From Oligoflexales bacterium (GTDB taxonomy: Bacteria; Bdellovibrionota_B; Oligoflexia; Oligoflexales; Bog-1112): a DNA stretch of 13,213 nucleotides. Made by a program: the position numbers and the translations under genes. How positions within the stretch are numbered: position 1 is the stretch's first letter; each line of letters opens with the position of its first letter. The DNA is taken from the NCBI GenBank assembly GCA_045105515.1, contig JBGCDR010000379.1, forward strand, positions 1 to 13,213. The letters run 5' to 3'. Under the pieces are notes generated by a model. It had not been told where the DNA came from. It worked only from the letters and a program-made list of their open reading frames with translations, and made no database searches. Of the stretch, positions 8,017 through 13,213 are shown piece after piece.

Positions 8017-8148
8017 ACATAAAAATTGGAGACTGTAAAACCTCCTTAAGTCCTTAATTATTGCAAGCCACAAGTCAAATTATTCAATAACATAAATATC
8101 TAAAATTAAAGATAAAATAATCGTTAGTTTCTAAATTATTTAAAATAT

Positions 8149-8177
8149 TTGACTAGCTAGCCAGTATGGTTTAAATT
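8149..8177 (+). promoter_or_regulatory. Putative sigma70 promoter for the peptide transporter
   Basis: TTGACT (8149-8154), N17, TAAATT (8172-8177), preceded by an AT-rich UP-like tract. SD AAAGGGA precedes ATG 8212. Confidence 0.55.
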
Positions 8178-8211
8178 GCCAAGTCTGTATTAATTTAAAA
8201 GGGATTTATGT

Positions 8212-9744
8212 ATGGATACGTCCATAGCAAGCAGCAGGTTGAATATATTCAAAAATCATCCTAAGGCCTTATTTTACTTGTTTTTTGCAGAAATGTGGGA
8301 GCGCTTTAGCTTCTACGGTCTTAGAGCCCTCCTGGTCCTCTATATGACCTCAGAACTTCAATTTACAGATAAAAAAGCTTACGGGGTCTATGCGGCCTAT
8401 TTTACCCTTGTTTACCTTGCGACGATTGTGGGAGGGCTTATTGCTGACCGCTTTTTAGGGAATCGAAAGTCTATTGTAGCGGGGGCTGTGCTTATAACTT
8501 TCGGGCATATAAGTCTTTCTTTTGCCGGTATAGACAGTTTCTTTTTTTACCTGGGTCTAGGTTTTATCGTTGGGGGTACTGGTTTATTCAAGGCAAATAT
8601 ATCAACTCTTGTTGGTCAGCTTTATGAACAAGAGGACAAACACCGAGACTCTGGTTTTACTCTATTTTATATAGGTATCAATTTTGGCGGGTTGTTGGCA
8701 CCACTTGCTTGCGGAATTATCGGACAGGTTTATGGTTGGCACTATGGTTTTGGAATTGCCAGTGTAGGAATGTTAGCGGGGCTTGTTACCTTTTTACAAG
8801 GGTGCAGGCATATGGATGATAAGGGCTTGCCTGCAGATCCCAGTAAACTTAGTAAAAAGTTGATTCCAAAAATCAGTACAGAGCATTTTATATATATAGC
8901 TTCTTTGTTAAGTGTACCTCTTCTGAGTATGGTTCTAATTCAATACCATTGGTTTGAATCAGCTCTCCCAGTAATTGGGCTATTTTTTGGAGCCTATTCT
9001 CTTTACCTTATCAGCGTTCATCGTGGTGAGGAAAGGCGAGCTTTGATTACTATTTTTACTTTAATGTTTTTTCAAACCGCTTTCTTTTCGATTTTTGAGC
9101 AAGCGGGCTCAAGTATGAATTTGTTTACAGAGCGAAATGTTGATAGAGTTTTTCTAGGTTATGAAATACCTGCATCGACGTTTCAGTCACTTAACTCATT
9201 TTTTATCATTTTTTTGGGTTCTTTATTTGCAGCGCTATGGAGCATGCTTGGAAAGAAGAAGCTTGATCCTAGCCCAGCTTTTAAATTTGCAATTGCTCTT
9301 GTACAGGTCGGTCTCGGATTTGTTTCTCTATATTGGGGAGTCGTAACTGCAGATGAATCTGGAATGGCTTCAATGCTCTGCTTAGTGATAGCTTACTTTT
9401 TTCATACCACAGGGGAGTTGTGTATTATGCCCGTGGGACTATCCATGGTGACGCGGATTTCTCCCAAAAAAATTCTGAGCACCGTGATGGGACTTTGGTT
9501 TGTCTCTTTGGCTTTTTCAGAATATTTAGCAGGGGTTTTCTCAAAGTTCGCTTCAGTGGAGGGGGGCAGTCAAAACATAGATCCTTCTCAAACGATCCTA
9601 GTTTACGGTGAGGCTTTTGCCATTGGAGCAAAGTTTGCATTCTTAATGGCTTTGATATTACTCTGTATCATACCAATTTTAAATAGAAATGGAAAAAGAG
9701 AACCTAAATTTACCAATAGTCGGAAGGAAGAATTAACGGTTTAG
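8212..9744 (+). CDS. Proton-dependent oligopeptide transporter (POT/PTR family, MFS; DtpT-like)
   Basis: HPKAL...EMWERFSFYG (ExxERFxYY signature), GGLIADRFLG, GTGLFKANIS, RDSGFTLFYIGINFGGL (PTR2 motif), FEQAGS, FQSLN and GELCIMPVGLS; about 14 hydrophobic helices. Confidence 0.96.
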   Translation: MDTSIASSRLNIFKNHPKALFYLFFAEMWERFSFYGLRALLVLYMTSELQFTDKKAYGVYAAYFTLVYLATIVGGLIADRFLGNRKSIVAGAVLITFGHISLSFAGIDSFFFYLGLGFIVGGTGLFKANISTLVGQLYEQEDKHRDSGFTLFYIGINFGGLLAPLACGIIGQVYGWHYGFGIASVGMLAGLVTFLQGCRHMDDKGLPADPSKLSKKLIPKISTEHFIYIASLLSVPLLSMVLIQYHWFESALPVIGLFFGAYSLYLISVHRGEERRALITIFTLMFFQTAFFSIFEQAGSSMNLFTERNVDRVFLGYEIPASTFQSLNSFFIIFLGSLFAALWSMLGKKKLDPSPAFKFAIALVQVGLGFVSLYWGVVTADESGMASMLCLVIAYFFHTTGELCIMPVGLSMVTRISPKKILSTVMGLWFVSLAFSEYLAGVFSKFASVEGGSQNIDPSQTILVYGEAFAIGAKFAFLMALILLCIIPILNRNGKREPKFTNSRKEELTV

Positions 9745-9836
9745 TTTTGACACTTTGGTCACCAGCTGATTAGATGGAAGGCTTGACGGAGCAGTCTTAG
9801 GATTTAGGCATCATAGTATTTTAAAGGAACCAGCTC

Positions 9837-11249
9837 ATGAATCGTGGGTTCACTTTTATAAATAGTTTTCTACTTGTACTTTTTCTTCTTATCCTGATTT
9901 TTATTGGAATGGTAGGAATAGGAAGCGGCCCTCATATGGTTATGGTTTTGTGCATCGCTGTAGTCGCAACTATTGCCCACTTCCAGGGTTTTGCTTGGGA
10001 AACTATGGAAACTTTCATGGCTCAGGGTGTAACCCAATGTGTTAAGGCGATTTTTATCCTTGGTTTTATTGGCGTCTTGATAGCTGTGTGGATGATGAGT
10101 GGTACGGTTCCAATGCTGTTTTACTTGGGTTTAAAGACTATATCTCCAGAATGGTTTTTATTAACTTCCTTGTTTGTGACAATTATCGTGTCATCTTTTA
10201 CGGGAAGCTCCCTTACTACAGCAGGTACTGTAGGTGTAGCTTTGATGGGGATTGCTAACGGGTTTGGAGTAGATCCTAGTCAGGCTGCAGGTGCAGTCAT
10301 CTGTGGAGCCTGCTTTGGAGATAAGCTTTCGCCTCTGTCAGATACTACTAACTTTGCTCCTGGGATTGTAGGGGTAGACTTATTTACTCATATAAAGAAT
10401 CTCCTTTGGACTACAGTTCCTGCCTTAGTTTTAACGGTTTTATACTTCAGCGTGTTGGGTAGTTCTGTATCTTTAGAAGATTTTACTCTTATCAAACAGG
10501 CAAGTTTGGCTTTAGAGCAGTCCTTTGAACTTAGTTATGCATGTTTATTATCCCCTTTAGTTGTTTTGACTTTAGCTTTTTTAAGATTCCCTACCTTGCC
10601 CATCCTTGGGGTAGGAGTATTGACCGGTCTCTTAACAGCTGGATTTATCCAAGGTCAATGGAATATAAGCCTTTGGTTTGAGGTTCTGCAGAACGGTTAT
10701 CAGTTGCAAACTGATAGCGGTGTTGTCAATGACATAGTCTCAAGAGGAGGGCTTATGTCGATGATGTTCTCAGTTTCCTTAGTTATCTTGGCTTTGGCAT
10801 TTGGAGGCTTATTGCAAGGTCTCGGGGTTATTTCGAGCCTTATGGACGGTGTGAAAAAACATCTCAAGAATCCTGGCCCTATTGTTGCTAGCACTGCGGC
10901 AGCTTCATGTGGAATCAACTTCTTAACTGGCGAGCAGTATTTATCTATTTTATTGCCTGGACAGGCTTTTAAACCTTTATACAATCATCCAAGGTTAAGT
11001 CCTCAAGTTTTATCTAGAACCTTAGAAGACGCTGGCACCTTGATTAATCCTCTTGTTCCATGGGGAGTTTGCGGAGCTTTTTTTACTAATGCACTTGGGG
11101 TCTCTGTTCTAGACTATGCACCTTATGCTGTCTTTCTCTATCTGTCCCCGGCATTTTCCATTTTGTTTGCGTATTTGGGAATAGGCTTAGGTAGCACGTC
11201 CACCTATAGTGATGCTAGAGATGTTCCTCATCAGCGAGCTTACCCTTAG
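9837..11249 (+). CDS. nhaC: NhaC-family Na+/H+ antiporter-like transporter
   Basis: Motifs WMMSGTVP, TGSSLTTAGTVGVALMGI, GACFGDKLSPLSDTTN, RGGLMSM and LSRTLEDAGT..NPLVPW. SD AAAGGA upstream. The substrate is uncertain because the family includes amino-acid and organic-acid carriers. Confidence 0.92.
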   Translation: MNRGFTFINSFLLVLFLLILIFIGMVGIGSGPHMVMVLCIAVVATIAHFQGFAWETMETFMAQGVTQCVKAIFILGFIGVLIAVWMMSGTVPMLFYLGLKTISPEWFLLTSLFVTIIVSSFTGSSLTTAGTVGVALMGIANGFGVDPSQAAGAVICGACFGDKLSPLSDTTNFAPGIVGVDLFTHIKNLLWTTVPALVLTVLYFSVLGSSVSLEDFTLIKQASLALEQSFELSYACLLSPLVVLTLAFLRFPTLPILGVGVLTGLLTAGFIQGQWNISLWFEVLQNGYQLQTDSGVVNDIVSRGGLMSMMFSVSLVILALAFGGLLQGLGVISSLMDGVKKHLKNPGPIVASTAAASCGINFLTGEQYLSILLPGQAFKPLYNHPRLSPQVLSRTLEDAGTLINPLVPWGVCGAFFTNALGVSVLDYAPYAVFLYLSPAFSILFAYLGIGLGSTSTYSDARDVPHQRAYP

Positions 11250-11303
11250 TGTCGTAGGAAGGTGTGAGTCGAAGTGACCAAGAAAGAAAATTAAATGGAA
11301 AAT

Positions 11304-11756
11304 TTAGATGCTTAAGGAAGATCCTTCTTGCTTAATGGGTTTAGCATCACCACTTTCTTTCGAGTCCGATCTGGGCGAATCAATCAATAATATGGATTCA
11401 CTGGTATAAGAAGTGCCATTCTCCGTTTCAGTGCTGCTAGATTGGATTAAACTAACCCTATAGTTCGATCCATTTTCCTGACTATTAGTGCCTGCCAACG
11501 CAAAATCAATCAGTGTTGCTCGAACACTTGCAAACAAATCGTAATCGTAATACGGATGAACCACGGTTATATTTTGAATCTCTTGCTTATTCACAGTAAT
11601 ATAGTTTTCATTTATAATATCGGGATATTCGATTATAACATTATTGTTTTCATCTCTATCTTCTGTTTTTTGATCCTCATTTGCAAATGTATTCAAACTA
11701 AAAAAAATAGTTAGACTGACTGTTAATAAATTAAAAACTTTTTCAACTCGATTCAT
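11304..11756 (-). CDS. Hypothetical secreted protein
   Basis: 150 aa with an ATG start and SD-like AGGT upstream. Sec-type signal MNRVEKVFNLLTVSLTIFFSLNTFA precedes an acidic, Asn/Ser-rich mature part. It fills the gap with no competing ORF in the supplied track. Confidence 0.7.
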   Translation of the reverse strand: MNRVEKVFNLLTVSLTIFFSLNTFANEDQKTEDRDENNNVIIEYPDIINENYITVNKQEIQNITVVHPYYDYDLFASVRATLIDFALAGTNSQENGSNYRVSLIQSSSTETENGTSYTSESILLIDSPRSDSKESGDAKPIKQEGSSLSI

Positions 11757-11863
11757 TTATTCAGACCTATTTTTAAAAGTGGATATAGTCAAACAACCTC
11801 AGGTCTTGTGTATCAAAAAAGTAATAAAGAAATAAAACCTATAGAGTCGTGGTGTATTACGTA

Positions 11864-13075
11864 CTAGAAATAGGGTTCAGTAACATGAGTCTCTTCCGCA
11901 TCAGAGTTTTCAGGAGGTTCCTCAGTATCTAAAAAATTCCGCCAATTTTTAAGAAAATCTAGAATAGGTTCCTCGTTAAATTCGAATAGAAAAGCTAGCT
12001 CTTGAATGAAGTCAAAATCATTTCTGCGTTTCCAAATATCGCCCCGTAGAGTTAGTTTTTGTTCCTTAAGAATTGGAATTTTGTTTTCTCGAGTTTCAAT
12101 TTCTTCTAGGATTGGCCCAATATTTAACTGTAGTTGTTCAGCCAGTGCTTTTTTAGAACTTTTGGCAATTTCCTGATTGGTGCTTTGCTCTAAATATGTT
12201 TCGTGAGCACTAGTTTCCCTCCCTAAAGTATGGTTTAGTTCCTCTTTGTTTTTCTTTAGATTTTCGAGTTGATCTTGCCATTCCTCACGTAAAGCTACCA
12301 CATCAGGTTTCTTTTTATGAGGAATAGATATGGTCATTGATATTTCGGTTTTGTCGGGTCTGATGGGGATGTATTTTTTGCTAAAAACCTTAGTTTCACC
12401 ATCATTAAAAGAATTTGAGTCCTCCCAGATACCTATACCTTTCTTAGTCTCTGGGTGCACATTATAAGTTACAGGACCTGGTCCTCTATAGGTTAATACT
12501 GCAGGCTTCCAAGATTTTTTGAAACGTCCTTTTTGTTGTATTGATCCTTTGATAGTTTCATATTCTTCAACTCTACCATCGTTTGAGTCATTGATTTTAT
12601 CTTGATAAGCCAGAATAACTTCATTGGCTTTATTTATTTTTTTCCTGAGGGATTCCATTTGATTGTTCGATTGTTCTGCTAATTCTCTAAAATTTGTCTT
12701 TGCTTTATCTGTATCGCCTGTTTCCACATCTTTGAATGCTGTAATCAAAAGTGTTTTTTCTTCTTCCAATCTTTTAATGTTTTCGAAATGGTCAATTATA
12801 TCGTTGTCATGTCGTTTATAGTCAGAAAGAGCCCTATTGCCCTCCTGCGAGATCATTTTTACCATGTTCCGAAAACCTTCTATTGCTTGTTTGCTGGCTG
12901 CAAATTTTAATAAATTCTTATCAATTTCAGGTGCACGATCACATTGTAAAACTTTAATAAACTCGTTTCGACTCTCCCCGTCATCTAAAGGTTTGACGAG
13001 CAAGAGCCGGTCTCTATGAGCATACATGTGACCCAGTAGACTTTTTATCGCCTCATTATTGCGCTGCTGTCTCAT
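11864..13075 (-). CDS. Hypothetical coiled-coil protein (possibly 5'-truncated)
   Basis: 403-aa open frame in AT-rich DNA. E/K/Q/N/L-rich helical stretches (~85-165 and ~260-350) flank a Pro/Gly/aromatic-rich insert. No signal peptide or TM segment, and no clear SD. Confidence 0.75.
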   Translation of the reverse strand: MRQQRNNEAIKSLLGHMYAHRDRLLLVKPLDDGESRNEFIKVLQCDRAPEIDKNLLKFAASKQAIEGFRNMVKMISQEGNRALSDYKRHDNDIIDHFENIKRLEEEKTLLITAFKDVETGDTDKAKTNFRELAEQSNNQMESLRKKINKANEVILAYQDKINDSNDGRVEEYETIKGSIQQKGRFKKSWKPAVLTYRGPGPVTYNVHPETKKGIGIWEDSNSFNDGETKVFSKKYIPIRPDKTEISMTISIPHKKKPDVVALREEWQDQLENLKKNKEELNHTLGRETSAHETYLEQSTNQEIAKSSKKALAEQLQLNIGPILEEIETRENKIPILKEQKLTLRGDIWKRRNDFDFIQELAFLFEFNEEPILDFLKNWRNFLDTEEPPENSDAEETHVTEPYF

Positions 13076-13131
13076 TAGAGTTGTCTAATTTTTTAACCAG
13101 CTAATATTATTATTTTATATGATTATTATGT

Positions 13132-13183
13132 AAATATTGATAAGCTGATCCCAAACGTAATTCTGGGAGGGCTTGATATGTTT
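13132..13183. other. Imperfect stem-loop upstream of the coiled-coil ORF
   Basis: Nested complementary arms: TCCCA/TGGGA (13149-13153, 13164-13168), AAGC/GCTT outside these, and AAATAT/ATGTTT outermost (one G-U pair). It is a GC-richer patch in very AT-rich DNA. Confidence 0.35.
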
Positions 13184-13213
13184 ATTTTCATGTTACCGGA
13201 AAGACAAGTGAAA

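Noticed and set aside
8041..8048. Perfect SD TAAGGAGG on the minus strand
   Set aside because: No start codon follows at a usable spacing, so a leader peptide is not supported.
7948..8073. 42-codon N-terminal extension of the tolC-like ORF
   Set aside because: It would bury the signal peptide. ATG 7947 has a good SD, and a TATAAT lies within the extension.
11250..11303. Expected bidirectional terminator between nhaC and the convergent orphan
   Set aside because: No convincing stem-loop is visible.
1..13213. CRISPR array, tRNA/rRNA, IS/integrase or recognisable defence system
   Set aside because: No regularly spaced repeats, cloverleaf signatures, transposase/integrase motifs, or nuclease or Walker motifs were seen, and the intergenic spaces are short.

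Overview
AT-rich bacterial genomic window holding nine well-supported CDSs. I found no RNA gene, CRISPR array or mobile element. Gene order: an unusual predicted lipoprotein with an acidic stalk and four Gly-rich membrane segments (+); an HtrA/Deg1-like single-PDZ serine protease (+); a minus-strand operon tolC-like -> AcrB-family RND permease -> cysQ, which lacks a membrane-fusion adaptor gene; a divergent POT/PTR peptide transporter and an NhaC-family transporter (+); and two orphan minus-strand ORFs, a small secreted protein and a coiled-coil protein with a beta-rich insert that may be 5'-truncated. The most unusual items are the adaptor-less RND-TolC-cysQ operon, the internally duplicated membrane lipoprotein and the coiled-coil orphan. 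The host is Gram-negative (TolC/RND). A Bdellovibrionota/Oligoflexia-like origin is only an impression.
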